A stretch of 64,000 nucleotides of DNA from an uncultured Hormoscilla sp. GTDB lineage: Bacteria; Cyanobacteriota; Cyanobacteriia; Cyanobacteriales; Desertifilaceae. The stretch lies in assembly GCA_963921275.4 (NCBI GenBank), contig OZ001293.3:1504001-1568000 (forward strand). The letters are read 5' to 3'. Positions 1 through 12,896 of this stretch are shown piece after piece. Below the pieces are notes generated by a model that searched no databases, was not told where the DNA came from, and worked only from the letters and a program-made list of their open reading frames with translations. Both the position numbers and the translations under genes were made by a program. Numbering within the stretch: position 1 is the first letter of the stretch; every line of letters starts with the position of its first letter.

Positions 1-345
1 AAGACTGTTACATTTTTTTCCAGTCGGATTTTTTTCAGCACCGCCATTATTCTGTTCATATACTCTTTCACAATTACACCATTTCCACTATATCATTAAT
101 CTACTTGCATAGCTGTCTACCTAAGCAATCAACCCACGTTACGCACTACAATCTGTAACATATTAATTAATATGTAATAGTACGGCACGATTGCCATTGC
201 ACTACATTTCGTAATCCGTAATCTATCTAGCAATTTTGCAAATACAACGTATAAATATTTATACGTGTATCAGCTTTTAGGTTCTCAAAATCACCAAGCA
301 CTTGTGATTATTACGTGATACATTTTGTAGTGCAAAATATAGGAA

Positions 346-1822
346 TCAAGTGGTTTGCTCTTCAATTCTTTCGGGAAAATCTTCTGGCTTTATCACCTCA
401 TTTATTTGGGAAAATACTCGATAGTTACCTAAATCTGCTAGAGATAGATCGGCTCGATTAGCATTTTTCATTTTGATTAAATTGTATTGCACATTGTCGG
501 CATAAATTGCCAAGGCGATATTCAATACTTCCATAAAATTTATTACTCATTTGCATTCTGATTCCGGATAATCTTGATAACAATTGAGCAACTCAGCTAT
601 CTTAGCTTCTAAATGTACTCTGGCTGGCTTACATATTAAAATTATTTTCAGAATTACAATTATAGCAGTTCTCATATTACTGTAATATGTCGGAGATTGC
701 GTCGGGGGGGGTAACTCTATGAAGGCATAAGTGACTCGCCTTACTCCCCCCCCTCGCTCCGGACAAGTCGGCGATTATTCTATACCACATCAATTTGAGA
801 AACGCTATACCAGATATAGGGGATTTCCTGGAGAGAGCAGGATAATAAATAAGGGAGAAGGTGCGCGACGATTTTCTGTTGTTAAATATTCGATCGTGCG
901 ATTACATGTTCGTAGCAGTAAAGCTTTTGTTAATATTTGCTCGTGATGATCGTGATAAAGATTTGCCAATTTTGGAGATATATTTGCTTGTCTCGACAAA
1001 TACGGTATTATCTAACCCAAAAGCTAGATATTCTTGGAAGCTTTGCTTAAATTATTTGTAGCTAATTCCTTGAGTTTGTTGAAGAAAAATATTAGCTAGG
1101 TTTACATAGCTATACTGGCCAGGTCTGGCTAAAATTATTTTAATTAAGCGCAGCACCCCATCCCCCAGTGTCGTCGGGTTTTTGGGGGTATCCTTTCTCG
1201 ACTCAGAACGAGCAGTATACATCGCTAGATCGAATTTGAACTGTTCTTTCAGTTCTAGCGATCGCGTCCTGGCCGCGTTCCTTTGTTCTACTGAGTTGTT
1301 GAAATCGACATAGTTCGGCGCTAATAGATAAGCTGTATAACGCTGACTCTAATCTTTCGACTGATCGCCCGACTGTTCGGATTTAGCACAAAATAGTTTT
1401 AACTCTTGGTATTCTTTGCCGTTGATGAATGTTTTTAGCCAGCTTCTCAGTCGCTTGAGCGTTGGAGAGATGCTATATTTACTAATGATTGGATCTGTAA
1501 AACTTTTCACTAAACCCTGAATTGCTTCGTGCTGTCTGGACTCCTCCCAGTTATTCACTAAGATATAACAGCAACGCTTAATTGTATTAATAAATTCTGA
1601 CTCTAGGTTGACAAGGATAATGTTGTATAGAGCTTGTTGCGCTTCGGTTTGTTTGGAGATCGCGCCCTCATGAATAAATAGCTGCTTAAATTCTGCTAAC
1701 ACTTTTTCGGGAGGCTGCTTTTTGACAATCTCTATAAAAAAGCCATAGATGATTTCCTGAGACTCGGCGATCGGGAGCCTCAACTGACTTGAATTACCAG
1801 ACTTCATCTGCACATCCATCAT
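346..1822 (-). pseudogene. Conserved cyanobacterial hypothetical protein broken into fragments (1349-1822, 805-999, 346-534)
   Basis: TAG at 1349-1351 is followed by continuing coding-like sequence (SQRYTAYL). Co-oriented ORF fragments follow downstream, with a palindromic repeat near 690-765. Confidence 0.6.
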
Positions 1823-1990
1823 CGTCAGTTAATCGTTAATTGTTAATTGTTAATTGTCCGGGTTCACCCGCAAGCAAAGCCCAAGTTGCCTTTGTTTATT
1901 TACAAATATGAGATGCACCGGGCCAAACTACTATTGGAGAGAATTATATACCATAACTCTCTCCCTAATTAAAAATCCGATATATGAGAA

Positions 1991-2315
1991 TGGGGGCAGA
2001 GGGACTTGAACCCTCACGACTTTTAAGGCCAACGGATTTTCATCCTCCCGCAGCTTTCGCTACTGCCATCACCGGCTTTGAGAATTGGACCCTCCCTTTA
2101 CCCTCGACTTGACGTTAGGGTAGCTCCCGTCGGGCCTCTGCACCTTCCGATTTTGTCATCATTTGTCACAGGACAACTGTTTCGGCTTGGCTCAGGATTG
2201 CCTTGTCTGTTACCAGATTTAGGTTTCCCTGAATTTGAGAGCTTCCACTTGGCCGATTTCTCCACCAAGGCTCAGTTTTCTAAGTCCGTAGCGTCTACCA
2301 TTCCGCCATGCCCCC
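1991..2315 (-). tRNA. trnL: tRNA-Leu(UAA) split by a group I intron
   Basis: 5' exon GGGGGCATGGCGGAATGGTAGACGCTACGGACTT (2315-2282). 3' exon AAAATCCGTTGG...GGTTCAAGTCCCTCTGCCCCCA (2040-1991). Confidence 0.97.
2041..2281 (-). ncRNA. Group I intron in the trnL-UAA anticodon
   Basis: Inserted after the anticodon U and ends in G. Contains AATTCAGGGAAACCTAA and GGCAATCCTGAGCC, typical of the cyanobacterial/plastid trnL intron. Confidence 0.95.
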
Positions 2316-2812
2316 TTAGCATCTCTGCGCTCGTGGTTTATCTACACAACTTTCTCATCCTATCATCGATCCTGGCAAAGTGCAAGGGGATCTGAAAAAA
2401 ATTTTTTTCCTCTATGTGCCGGTACCGTTCTATCTTACCCTGGTGCGGAAATTTTGGGGAGGCAAGGGGTAAAATGGTTGGGATAACTGGCATCTATACT
2501 TTCGCGGGCTATCCCAAGCGATGAAAGGGAAATTGTCATTGCCAGGGGGGAATTCCTGACCGCCATTGTCCGGAACATCACCGGTAGTCCCCCCGGAACG
2601 CGCAGCAGCACGACGCAGGAGTGCTAGCAATCGAGAGCCCAGCGCGTGGAGATTGCTTCGGGGGGGAGTTACTCCTAATACACAAATATCTCTTAATTAT
2701 CCCCCCCTCGCAATGACATTCTTTAACTGCCCCAAAAGCGCAGTTTCTGACCGTTCGGAGTATAACGATCTCTGGTATGATTTTACTTGACATCTGAGGA
2801 TGTTTATGGTAT

Positions 2813-3037
2813 ATGGACGATACTTTGCTGACTTTACTGTTGTATGGGGGAGTGGCTGGAGCTTACCTGCTGGTGGTTCCGTTGCTACTGTTTTTCTACA
2901 TGAAGAGCCGGTGGTACGCATGGAGTTCCATTGAGCGGGGGTTTATGTACTTCCTGGTGTTCTTGTTCTTCCCAGGACTTTTGCTGTTGGCCCCGTTGGT
3001 GAATTTTAGACCCAGACGGCGTCCTATAGAAGGATAA
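2813..3037 (+). CDS. ndhL: NAD(P)H-quinone oxidoreductase subunit L
   Basis: [31 protein letters not shown] signature; ndhL-DUF3007-trpA gene order. Confidence 0.95.
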   Translation: MDDTLLTLLLYGGVAGAYLLVVPLLLFFYMKSRWYAWSSIERGFMYFLVFLFFPGLLLLAPLVNFRPRRRPIEG

Positions 3038-3057
3038 AGCATTTGGAGCCCAAGATA

Positions 3058-3357
3058 ATGCGACGAATTGATGTGATTGGCATTGGTTTGGCAGTTTTAG
3101 CGGCTGGGGGGATAGTATATTTGCTCTTCCAACTGGCGGGACTGGACAGTGTATCGGCGGGTATCTGGAGTCAGGCGTTGCTGGTGGGTGGGTTGGTACT
3201 CTGGGTGCTGACTTACCTGTTCCGCGTTCTGACTCAGAAGATGACTTACAATCAACAGCTCAAAAATTATGAAACGGCTGTTTTGGAAAAATGCTGGGAA
3301 TCTCTCACGCCCGAAGAACAAGCAAAATTTCAGGCGGAATTTGAACGAGAAAAGTAA
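3058..3357 (+). CDS. DUF3007 family membrane protein
   Basis: [10 protein letters not shown]...[11 protein letters not shown]; lies between ndhL and trpA. Confidence 0.9.
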   Translation: MRRIDVIGIGLAVLAAGGIVYLLFQLAGLDSVSAGIWSQALLVGGLVLWVLTYLFRVLTQKMTYNQQLKNYETAVLEKCWESLTPEEQAKFQAEFEREK

Positions 3358-4148
3358 TGACTTCGATATCGGACTGCTTTGATAATCTGCGATCGCGCCA
3401 TATTCCGGCTCTAATTCCTTTTATAACTGCTGGAGACCCGGATTTAGAAACGACGGCGCAAGCGTTGCAGGTTTTAGACAAGAATGGTGCGGATATAATT
3501 GAGCTGGGAGTTCCTTATTCTGACCCCTTGGCAGATGGACCGACGATCCAGGCGGCGGCTACCAGGGCTTTGGCGAAGGGAACAAAGTTGGAACAGGTGC
3601 TGGAAATGGTGGCACGGGTGAGTCCATCCTTGACTTCCCCCCTGATCCTGTTCACTTATTATAACCCCATTTTGCATCGGGGTATAGAAGATTTCCTCGA
3701 TCGCATTGCTACTGCTGGGGTGCGGGGGTTGGTGGTCCCGGATCTGCCTTTGGAAGAGGCCCGGGTGGTGCTCGAACCTGCTTCTCAAAGGGGTATTGAA
3801 GTGGTTTTGTTGGTAGCACCGACTAGCCCTCAAGATAGAATAGAAACGATCGCCCTTCAGTCTCAAGGCTTTATCTATCTGGTAAGCGTGACGGGGGTGA
3901 CGGGGATGCGATCGCAGTTGGGAACGCGAGTGGAAGATTTACTCGGGCAATTGCGTTCTGTTACTGATAAACCTATTGGCGTGGGTTTTGGCATCTCTAA
4001 ACCCGAACATGCTCGTCAGGTGATAGAATGGGGGGCAGATGCCGCGATCGTTGGTAGCGCGATCGTCAGAATGTTGCACGAACAGGGACTAGAGGCGATC
4101 GGGCATTTTTGCCAGAGTCTCAAAGATGGAATGCTGAACAAGACCTGA
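3357..4148 (+). CDS. trpA: Tryptophan synthase alpha chain
   Basis: [28 protein letters not shown] and VGFGIS motifs. Confidence 0.98.
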   Translation: MTSISDCFDNLRSRHIPALIPFITAGDPDLETTAQALQVLDKNGADIIELGVPYSDPLADGPTIQAAATRALAKGTKLEQVLEMVARVSPSLTSPLILFTYYNPILHRGIEDFLDRIATAGVRGLVVPDLPLEEARVVLEPASQRGIEVVLLVAPTSPQDRIETIALQSQGFIYLVSVTGVTGMRSQLGTRVEDLLGQLRSVTDKPIGVGFGISKPEHARQVIEWGADAAIVGSAIVRMLHEQGLEAIGHFCQSLKDGMLNKT

Positions 4149-4322
4149 TATCGGGAACATATTTGGCATTGTCAATCTACTGGTAGGGGTAATGTGAGGG
4201 TAAGTGAGGGTAATCTCTGGCTAAGAAAACCCTCTCTTTTCGGCCCTAACGCGCGTTGCCCCGCCCAAATAAATCAATTCTGGCAAAATTGTAATCCGCG
4301 ATAATATTATCAACTGCGAACC

Positions 4323-5144
4323 ATGAAAATTTTGACACCGACATTAAAAAATCCTATAATTTACCCAGATTCGGATGGTAATCCAAGGGCTGAAAGTGAC
4401 CCAGCACGCGACTATCTAATCTATTGTATATCGGCTTTAAATCTTTACTTTGCCAACAGAGAAGATGTATACGTTTCGGGCAATTTATACATCTACTACA
4501 AGCAGAACGTTGCTGACGCAGTGATAGCCCCGGATGTGTTTGTAGTCTTTGGAATTAGCAATAAAAAGCGTCTCAGTTACAAGATATGGGAAGAAAATGG
4601 CAAAGCACCTGATTGGGTGCTGGAGGTGACATCTGCGACAACCCGCAATAAAGATGAGGAGGAAAAGTCTCAGAAATACGCTCAGATGCAGGTAGGCGAG
4701 TATTTTCAGTATGACCCGACAGGAGATTACTTACAACCTCAGCTCAAAGGTTCTCGTTTGGTTAATGGTAGGTATCAGCCGATCGCACCAGAAAGTAAGC
4801 CAGGTTATGAGCGATCGATCGCCTCAGAGGTGTTGGGGTTAGACCTGCGATTGGTGGCAGGAGAATTGCGGTTTTACGATCCTACCGCTGAGAGAAAGCT
4901 GTTGAGTCACCAGGAGATAGAATTAGCTCGTCAGCGAGCTGAGTTATCTCGACAGGAAGCTGAGCTAGCTCGACAGGAAGCTGAGTTAGCCCGTCAGCAG
5001 GCGGAAGAAGAACGCCTTGCTGAAGCACGAGCACGACGGGAAGCGATTCCTCGGTTATTGGGAATGGGGCTCAATGTCGAGCAAGTTGCTGCTGCTTTGA
5101 ATCTGCCAATATCCGAAGTCCAGCAGTTGGCTGAGTATATCTAA
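4323..5144 (+). CDS. Uma2 family PD-(D/E)XK endonuclease with coiled-coil tail
   Basis: YPDSDG, APDVFVV, PDWVLEVTS and EYFQYDP motifs; heptad repeat AELARQE. Confidence 0.9.
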   Translation: MKILTPTLKNPIIYPDSDGNPRAESDPARDYLIYCISALNLYFANREDVYVSGNLYIYYKQNVADAVIAPDVFVVFGISNKKRLSYKIWEENGKAPDWVLEVTSATTRNKDEEEKSQKYAQMQVGEYFQYDPTGDYLQPQLKGSRLVNGRYQPIAPESKPGYERSIASEVLGLDLRLVAGELRFYDPTAERKLLSHQEIELARQRAELSRQEAELARQEAELARQQAEEERLAEARARREAIPRLLGMGLNVEQVAAALNLPISEVQQLAEYI

Positions 5145-5346
5145 TCTCAATGTAAGATTAAGAAACCAGGTTTTTGGGAAAAACCTGGTTTCTGGGCTAC
5201 TGGAGAATAGGTCCACAACAAAAGTGAGATCCTCCCGGCTGAGTAATGATACAATTTAACAATGTAACACAGACTATTACTGGACAGACGCTCTAGATAT
5301 GATATCATAGTTATGGTCTTAATTGATTCGGTGAGGGAGCGAGGAA

Positions 5347-5919
5347 ATGAAATGCAAGTTATTCACGCAAATGCTGACTGGGTTGATGGCCTTAACCTTA
5401 GGGACCACCGCCGCCACAGAACCGGGTGCGGCCCAAAGCAACAATAAGTTCTACTGCGATCGCAGTGAGGGGGCACCAGCAACGATCGTGCGCACGAGCA
5501 AGGGAAATGTGCCAATAATTATCTGGGTAGACCGTAGTTTCGAGGCTTCGGGATGGAGTCCTCAGCGCCGCTGTCGGAAAGTTTCTGGCAGATTTCAACG
5601 CTATCACTCTCAAGGCATTCTGGAATACATTAGAACTGGAACAGTAAATCGCCATCCTGTATTGTGCGTTACCAATTACCAAGGGGGTGTTTGCCCTAGC
5701 ACTCAGGTGCTAATTACTCTCAAACCTGGGAGTAACGCACAGTTTTATTTGGAATCTCTGATCGCTATTCGGAATGGGAGTGGGGCACGTCTTCGCCTGA
5801 ACGAAGGCCATGTATTCTCTTACGATCGGAATCGCGAACTCTACGTGGATGTGGAAGAATGGCTAAAGGAACTTTCGGTTGAGGAGGAAAACTCTCAAAA
5901 CTCTGAGAGTCTGTGGTAA
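5347..5919 (+). CDS. COP23-domain secreted protein
   Basis: Signal peptide; GWSPQRRC..VSGRFQ and PVLCV motifs. Confidence 0.8.
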   Translation: MKCKLFTQMLTGLMALTLGTTAATEPGAAQSNNKFYCDRSEGAPATIVRTSKGNVPIIIWVDRSFEASGWSPQRRCRKVSGRFQRYHSQGILEYIRTGTVNRHPVLCVTNYQGGVCPSTQVLITLKPGSNAQFYLESLIAIRNGSGARLRLNEGHVFSYDRNRELYVDVEEWLKELSVEEENSQNSESLW

Positions 5920-5984
5920 GCGGGTGCTTCCCGACGGGAGCGGCCAATATGTGATTGCGAGGGGAGAGCAGAGAGGTTTTGGAC

Positions 5985-6521
5985 ATGAATTTTCGGGTAA
6001 GGAACCTCACTGGTCATTCCTACGATGTTAATAGCGTCGCCATTAGTCCCGATGGGCAGTTGTTAGCCAGTGGCAGTGATGACAAAACCATCAAGATTTG
6101 GAATCTGGGAAGCGGCAGGTTGCTGCGTACCCTCACTGGTCATTCCGACTTGGTTTGGAGCGTGGCCATTAGTCCCGATGGGCAGTTGTTAGCCAGTGGC
6201 AATTCCGACAAGACGATCAAGATTTGGAATCTGGGAAGCGGCAGGTTACTGCGTACCCTCACTGGTCATTCCGACCCGGTTAATAGCGTCGCCTTTAGTC
6301 CCGATGGGCAGTTGTTAGCCAGTGGCAGTGGTGGCATATTCACCTTCTCCGACAACGACAATACGATCAAAATTTGGCATCTGGATAGCGGCAGGTTAGT
6401 ACGTACCCTCACTGGTCATTCCCAGGATGTTGAGAGCGTCGCCTTTAGTCCCGATGGGCAGACAATTGCCAGTGGCAGTTATGACAAGACGATCAAGATT
6501 TGGAGGGGGCAGGGGCGGTGA
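5985..6521 (+). CDS. WD40 repeat protein (4 repeats, possibly an N-truncated remnant)
   Basis: Four [26 protein letters not shown] repeats. Confidence 0.85.
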   Translation: MNFRVRNLTGHSYDVNSVAISPDGQLLASGSDDKTIKIWNLGSGRLLRTLTGHSDLVWSVAISPDGQLLASGNSDKTIKIWNLGSGRLLRTLTGHSDPVNSVAFSPDGQLLASGSGGIFTFSDNDNTIKIWHLDSGRLVRTLTGHSQDVESVAFSPDGQTIASGSYDKTIKIWRGQGR

Positions 6522-7021
6522 GAGGGAAGGGGGCGGAGTCCGATGGATTTTCTAACCTCGCAAGGTTGCGAGGCACGAAGCAATCTGCCGCTGCGCTAAC
6601 GGGGGGGATCCTTAGCTGTGATTCCTAAAATCTCGGTTTTGGTTTCCCCCTCGCTCCGGACAGGTTATTAACCGAGAGGTATTGCCTCTACTCCTACTTC
6701 ACTCATACTTTCTTCTCCTGTTCGGACTATCATCTCTTGGTATTCCTACAACTTGACTCATTATATTCCATCCTCTCTCAGATGGCAACCTTTAGGAGCG
6801 ATCGCCCCCTAATCTCAACTCCCAATTATTCATCATCCTGTCCGTTTTGTTACCTATCAAGTTACATGAAGGTTGGGTTTCGTTCCTCTACCCAACCTAC
6901 GCGATCGCATTTTTAATTATCATCATTTAACCGTAATTATTATAATTCATCAACCGTTATATGGTAATGTTTTTGTCGTTTTTTAACCTACTTTAGCCTC
7001 GTTACCTGGATCCCGGTAACG

Positions 7022-7110
7022 CGGGGGTTTAAACGGGGGTTTAAACGGGGGTTTAAACGGGGGTTTAAACGGGGGTTTAAACGGGGGTTTAAACGGGGGT
7101 TTAAACCCCC
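7022..7110. repeat. 12-bp tandem repeat (CGGGGGTTTAAA) x7 ending in the palindrome GGGGGTTTAAACCCCC
   Basis: Directly visible, just downstream of the asnS stop. Confidence 0.95.
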
Positions 7111-7126
7111 GGCGGGTTGACGGTAC

Positions 7127-8515
7127 TTAAAATTCCACACTCAAAGGGGCACGGGGGAAAGGAATCACATCTCGAATATTACTCATTCCCGTCATCAACT
7201 GCACCAAGCGTTCAAACCCCAAACCAAACCCTGCATGAGGAACTGTTCCAAAGCGACGTAAGTCCAGATACCACCATAACTCTTCCGTACTCATTCCCTG
7301 AGCTTCGATCCGTCCCTCCAGCACCTCCAAACGTTCTTCCCGCTGCGCGCCCCCAATGATTTCCCCAATATTCGGAGCCAAAACATCCATCGCTGCCACT
7401 GTCTTTTCATCATCGTTCAAGCGCATGTAAAATGCTTTGATCTCTACTGGGTAGTCAGTGACGATCGCCGGCTTTTTGAACAGGTCTTCTGCCAAATAGC
7501 GCTCGTGTTCTGACTGGAGATCCACACCCCAGCGGACCGGATACTCAAACTTCTTGTCCGCTTTCTCCAAGAGGACGATCGCATCAGTATAGGTCAGCCG
7601 TGCAAATTCATTATTGATAATATTATCAGCCCTGGCCAGCACAGCATCATCAATCCGCTGATTGAAGAACTCCATATCCTCCGGACAACGATCCAGCACG
7701 TACTCAAACACATACTTGAGGAAATCTTCAGCCAACTGCATATTCCCTTCTAGGTCGCAAAAGGCCATTTCTGGCTCAATCATCCAAAACTCGGCCAAAT
7801 GGCGGGAAGTGTTGGAATTCTCGGCCCGAAAAGTCGGACCAAAGGTATAGACATCCCGGAAGGCCATCGCCATAATTTCCGCTTCCAACTGTCCGCTAAC
7901 AGTCAAATAGGCGGGTTTGCCAAAAAAGTCCTGACTGTAATCAACCTCTCGATCGTCTGTCAGGGGCACGTCCTGCAAATTAAAATTAGTGATCGTAAAT
8001 AACTCCCCCGCCCCTTCACAATCACTAGCAGTGATAATGGGGGTGTGAACCCAGAGGAAACCCCGTTCTTGAAAGAATTGGTGGATAGCAGCAGCAGTAG
8101 CATTCCGCACCCGGAAAACTGCCCCCAAGGTATTCGTGCGCGATCGCAAATGCCCGATCGTGCGCAAAAACTCAAAAGAATGGCGCTTCTTCTGCAAAGG
8201 ATAGGACTCGGAAGCAACGCCTAAAACCGTCACCGCAGTGGCCTTCAACTCAATGCGCTGTCCCTTACCCGGAGACTCCACCAGAGTGCCACTCACCTCC
8301 ACAGAGGCCCCCGTATTCACCTGTTTGAGCAGATCCTCATAATTAGGCAAATCTGCATTCAGCACCACTTGCAGGTTAGCTAAGAACGAGCCATCATTCA
8401 CCTCAATAAAAGCAAAACCCTTAGATGAGCGCTTCGTGCGTACCCAGCCCTTAATCGTCACCGGTTCTGAGGGCTGACCCTGCCGTAAAATTTCCGCAAT
8501 CCGTCGAGTTACCAT
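7127..8515 (-). CDS. asnS: Asparagine--tRNA ligase
   Basis: [32 protein letters not shown] and [12 protein letters not shown] motifs. Confidence 0.98.
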   Translation of the reverse strand: MVTRRIAEILRQGQPSEPVTIKGWVRTKRSSKGFAFIEVNDGSFLANLQVVLNADLPNYEDLLKQVNTGASVEVSGTLVESPGKGQRIELKATAVTVLGVASESYPLQKKRHSFEFLRTIGHLRSRTNTLGAVFRVRNATAAAIHQFFQERGFLWVHTPIITASDCEGAGELFTITNFNLQDVPLTDDREVDYSQDFFGKPAYLTVSGQLEAEIMAMAFRDVYTFGPTFRAENSNTSRHLAEFWMIEPEMAFCDLEGNMQLAEDFLKYVFEYVLDRCPEDMEFFNQRIDDAVLARADNIINNEFARLTYTDAIVLLEKADKKFEYPVRWGVDLQSEHERYLAEDLFKKPAIVTDYPVEIKAFYMRLNDDEKTVAAMDVLAPNIGEIIGGAQREERLEVLEGRIEAQGMSTEELWWYLDLRRFGTVPHAGFGLGFERLVQLMTGMSNIRDVIPFPRAPLSVEF

Positions 8516-8533
8516 ATTTCCATTCCCAACAAT

Positions 8534-8872
8534 TCATCGTCCGATCCACCAGTGTAATATCCAGCCGAGGACAAGACCCAAGCCCCCAAACCGCACCGCC
8601 TGCCAAAAAGGTTCCTGGAGGCGGATCCAGGAAAACAAACGACTTTCCAACTCCACTTCCAGAACCTCCAACTGCTGTTTGACCTCCCGTAATTCCTGCT
8701 GCAACTCCTCCAAGCGCCGCTTCAGGGCCCCCTGTCGCCCTTGGCCCTGGCGCACTTGGCGGTACCGTTCCCTCAGATCTCCCAGCTCTCGCTCGGCATC
8801 AGCGAGAGCTTCTTCAAATTCCTGGTTAGGATCTAGTGGAGAGGATCCAGACGGTTCTTCTGATGACTGCAT
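8534..8872 (-). CDS. Conserved coiled-coil protein with C-terminal TM helix
   Basis: ELESRLFSW...FWQAVRFGGLG motif. The longer ORF start runs into an IS end. Confidence 0.75.
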   Translation of the reverse strand: MQSSEEPSGSSPLDPNQEFEEALADAERELGDLRERYRQVRQGQGRQGALKRRLEELQQELREVKQQLEVLEVELESRLFSWIRLQEPFWQAVRFGGLGLVLGWILHWWIGR

Positions 8873-8892
8873 GAGCAAGATAGAGTAATATA

Positions 8893-10358
8893 ACTTAAGT
8901 TGCGACCTATAAAAATTGAACACAAAAAGCTATGATAAAGAGAATTAATTTTAACTCGAACCCTTTGGATGTAACAGCAGGACTTAGGAAACAAATTAGT
9001 TATTCGACTAAAGCATGTTTCTACTTGTTTTCTAGTTACGTTCTGTACATATTCAACCCGCGTTCTTTTTACGCCAAGGTTTGAACATTATATTCATTGA
9101 CTCGTAAATCTTCTAATTGATAATTGTTATAAATTTTGTCTCCATAAACTTTTGATGGCAAATCAAAGCAATTGGAGAATTTTCGCATCATTACAACTAC
9201 CAGGAGCAAAATAAAATTCTATTGGGTACATCTCAGTTAGGCGATGAGTAATTATACTTAGTGCTTGTCTCCCTCAAAACGGTACATAATTTAGGCACTG
9301 TTGACCACCCTTGACCCATGAACTCCCAAAAGCAGGCTGAACTCCAGCAACATCTTGACGCGATTGCCGCGATTCTCTACCAGGAAGCCGACCCCACTGA
9401 ACTCACCACCCTTGAAGGCATTGAGAAAAACGTTCGTGCGCTTGCCCAAGAACACGTCTGGCCTCAACTAGGAATTTTTTTATCAACACGGCGACTTCCC
9501 GCCGCACCGGAAAACAGCGCTCTGGTCGGGTTGAGTCCCTGGTGAAACAAATTGGGTTAAGGGTGAAATTACCGGGGGCACAATGGCGAGCCGAGAATGT
9601 GCCGATTTTTCGGGCCGTCCGCGGACCGTAGGTGTTGAAGCATCGCTGTGCCTACCTGAATGGCGCATTAGTTGCCTAATCAGACTCAGTAAATCCACTT
9701 GTGCTGAGTAAATATACTCATCGCCTAACTGAGATGCACCCATTCTATTGGTTTACCAGTTTTGTTGACTAACATATGAACTCTCAATAAAAATAACGTT
9801 TTTTGCTGGCGATATATCCTCTATATTCTTTTTCTGTATAAATTTTACATCGATCGTGTTGTCACATCCTGGCACAGGGAAACTATCGATAATATATTCT
9901 TGACCCGGATTTAGCGAATGATTGAGCCATTGCTTGAAATAAACTCCCATACAATTGTTTCATCAATCTTATGTTTTCGACGATTAAACCTACTTTTACT
10001 TAACAGATTTTTGATCTAGTTATGTTCTGCCATAAATTGACGAGCTCTATCGCCCTCCCAAAAAATAAGCAGCAACTAATCCTACTGTCATCACCTCCGC
10101 ATTATTCATTTTTACTTGTGGATCTTCTTTGATATTGAGTGCTTTTAGCAGTTCATCGCCAAGAACAAAAATTGTTATAATCATATTTTCCATAATCTAC
10201 CGCAATCAACTGTTATTTTAGTACATTATAACCTATAAACATGGATGGCTACTGATAGCATAAAAATAATATATTTCTGTATCCTACCATCCTACCAAAA
10301 ATATCGGAAATCTCTAAGTGGGTAATCCATTTTTTTTTTAATAGGTAGCAACTTGAGT
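8893..10358 (-). mobile_element. Degenerate IS982-family element (copy C) carrying a nested insertion
   Basis: Terminal IRs ACT(T/C)AAGTTGC(G/T)ACCTAT; 7-bp TSD TAATATA (8886-8892 and 10359-10365); frameshifted homolog of the 274-aa transposase. Confidence 0.9.
9224..9741 (+). mobile_element. Internally deleted ISKra4-like element (518 bp)
   Basis: IRs GGGT(A/G)CATCTCAGTTAGGCGATGAGTA; 8-bp TSD ATTCTATT; N-terminal transposase ORF 9318-9545 with a T-run at LGIFLS. Confidence 0.8.
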
Positions 10359-10728
10359 TAATATATAGAAGCAAACAAATCTATCGGCTATTAAACCAAC
10401 AATTTTACCTGGCACTAGGAGTTGCGACTAAATGCCCAAAAACTTACACATCTCTCATATTTGGGGGAATTATCTCCTGCGAGCGAGCCATAAGGCGGTA
10501 TCAAAATCATCTCGCTCGTTCCGTATTATTAAGCCTAGCAGACGCTCGTCTTACTTGAGAGCGGCAAATGAGCGCAAGTCCACTTGCTTTTTGTGAGGCA
10601 AGTCCACTAAGCTAGAAAAAAGCAGTGGATGGCTAGCCCTGGCTGCTAACTATACGCGCTCGCTGGCGTTACGCCACGAGCGGGAGCTAGCTGCGGCCTT
10701 CCGTGTCGAAAGATGCGGATGTTATACT

Positions 10729-11563
<835 letters not shown>

Positions 11564-11607
11564 TGCACCTATCTAGTTGTTAGATTAGTGAGGGTTAAAC
11601 GCAGCAC

Positions 11608-11913
11608 ATGCTCAACCAGACCGCAACAACTCCCGAGAGTCCCCAAATCAATTCCGGCACCAAAGCCAGTCAGCAACTGAGTACCATTGAACTCGCCCAA
11701 GCTCTGGCCCAGCGGCTGACCATCACACCGGACAAATGGCACCGGCTCAAGTCTAACCGTCCAGCTCGGGCCAGGGAGCAAGCAGCCGCAGCCCTGGTAT
11801 TTCTCCTTAAGGATCGACCCGAGGAAGCTCTTGCTAGACTCCAACAAGCAACCGGTTGGCTAGACCACTCAGTCTCAGCACCACCTTGTCCTGGCCACGG
11901 ATCGAGTAAATAG
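11608..11913 (+). CDS. Conserved cyanobacterial protein (DUF6439-like)
   Basis: WHRLKSNR.ARAREQ and WLD.S.SAPPCP.HG motifs. Confidence 0.75.
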   Translation: MLNQTATTPESPQINSGTKASQQLSTIELAQALAQRLTITPDKWHRLKSNRPARAREQAAAALVFLLKDRPEEALARLQQATGWLDHSVSAPPCPGHGSSK

Positions 11914-12006
11914 TTAGTTGCTCCGGACGGGCGGATAGCCTGTCCGGAGCTTGTCAATTGACTATAGTCAATTGACAATTGTCAGCTGATTTAAGTAATA
12001 ATAAAA

Positions 12007-12438
12007 TCAGCAATCTATCAATTGCTTGCAGAGTTTCAACTCCCTGCCTTCATTATCCCACTGCACCCGATCGAATATTTGGTGTATAATAAAAATTCCC
12101 CGACCGCATTCAGAATCGTGCTCGGGGAGTAAGTTGACAGTCTCCGGTTCAAAAAAACAATCAGTCTGATGTCCACAACCCTGGTCTGAGATTACCCACC
12201 AATAGTGATTTCCCACCACTCTGAAGCGAACCGAGACCTTTTTACTGGAGTCAAGTTTGTTCCCATGCTTAGCTGCATTGACCAAAGCTTCTTGTAGTCC
12301 CAGTCGGAGTTCCGAGTGCCATTGGTCTGGAACTTTTGCTAATAACAAATCCAGGACAGGACAAAGATAGAGAGTTGAGGGAAAACTAATCGTGCTCCAT
12401 TTGCTGCGCCCTACGGAACGCTCTGAGATAGCAATCAC
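12007..12438 (-). CDS. pmgA: Anti-sigma-factor-like HATPase (PmgA)
   Basis: ISFPSTLYLCPVLDLLL, LQEALVNAAKHGN and ECGRG motifs. Confidence 0.85.
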   Translation of the reverse strand: MIAISERSVGRSKWSTISFPSTLYLCPVLDLLLAKVPDQWHSELRLGLQEALVNAAKHGNKLDSSKKVSVRFRVVGNHYWWVISDQGCGHQTDCFFEPETVNLLPEHDSECGRGIFIIHQIFDRVQWDNEGRELKLCKQLIDC

Positions 12439-12896
12439 GGCTGAAAAAACCCTTAGCTTTTAATAGGATAGACAGAAGTAGGCATAACCTGGAAATAGAT
12501 TTATTCATGGTCATGCTGTACTGAAACTTGGGTCAGTTAACCAAATTATTGATAACCTGATGGATAAGTTGCTAGAACAGATTTTTAGCTTCACAGGATT
12601 TTCACAAAATCCTTACTTCATCGAGCTATAAATCTGTAACCTACTGCCCACTAATTTACATTATATCCAAAAAATTGCTTCATTACACACCTGAGTGAGA
12701 ATACCATGCCCCCAACTGGCATGGTATTCCCACTAGACCCATCGGACTGCTATACTAGAGATCCCGCTGCTGTATCACTTGACAAGCATGAGATCCTATA
12801 CGCTAAACTAGCCTACAAAACAAAAAATACATAATTCAAGAAAAATAGTTACAATTAAATAGCCTTATATTACCCAGTCGGTTTTAACCGACTTTA

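Noticed and set aside
2078..2395. 105-aa ORF
   Set aside because: Antisense to trnL and its group I intron; no homing endonuclease motifs.
5160..5193. AGAAACCAGG...CCTGGTTTCT hairpins (also near 19533, 43497 and 49861) as specific terminators
   Set aside because: A common dispersed palindrome in filamentous cyanobacteria; function cannot be assigned from sequence.
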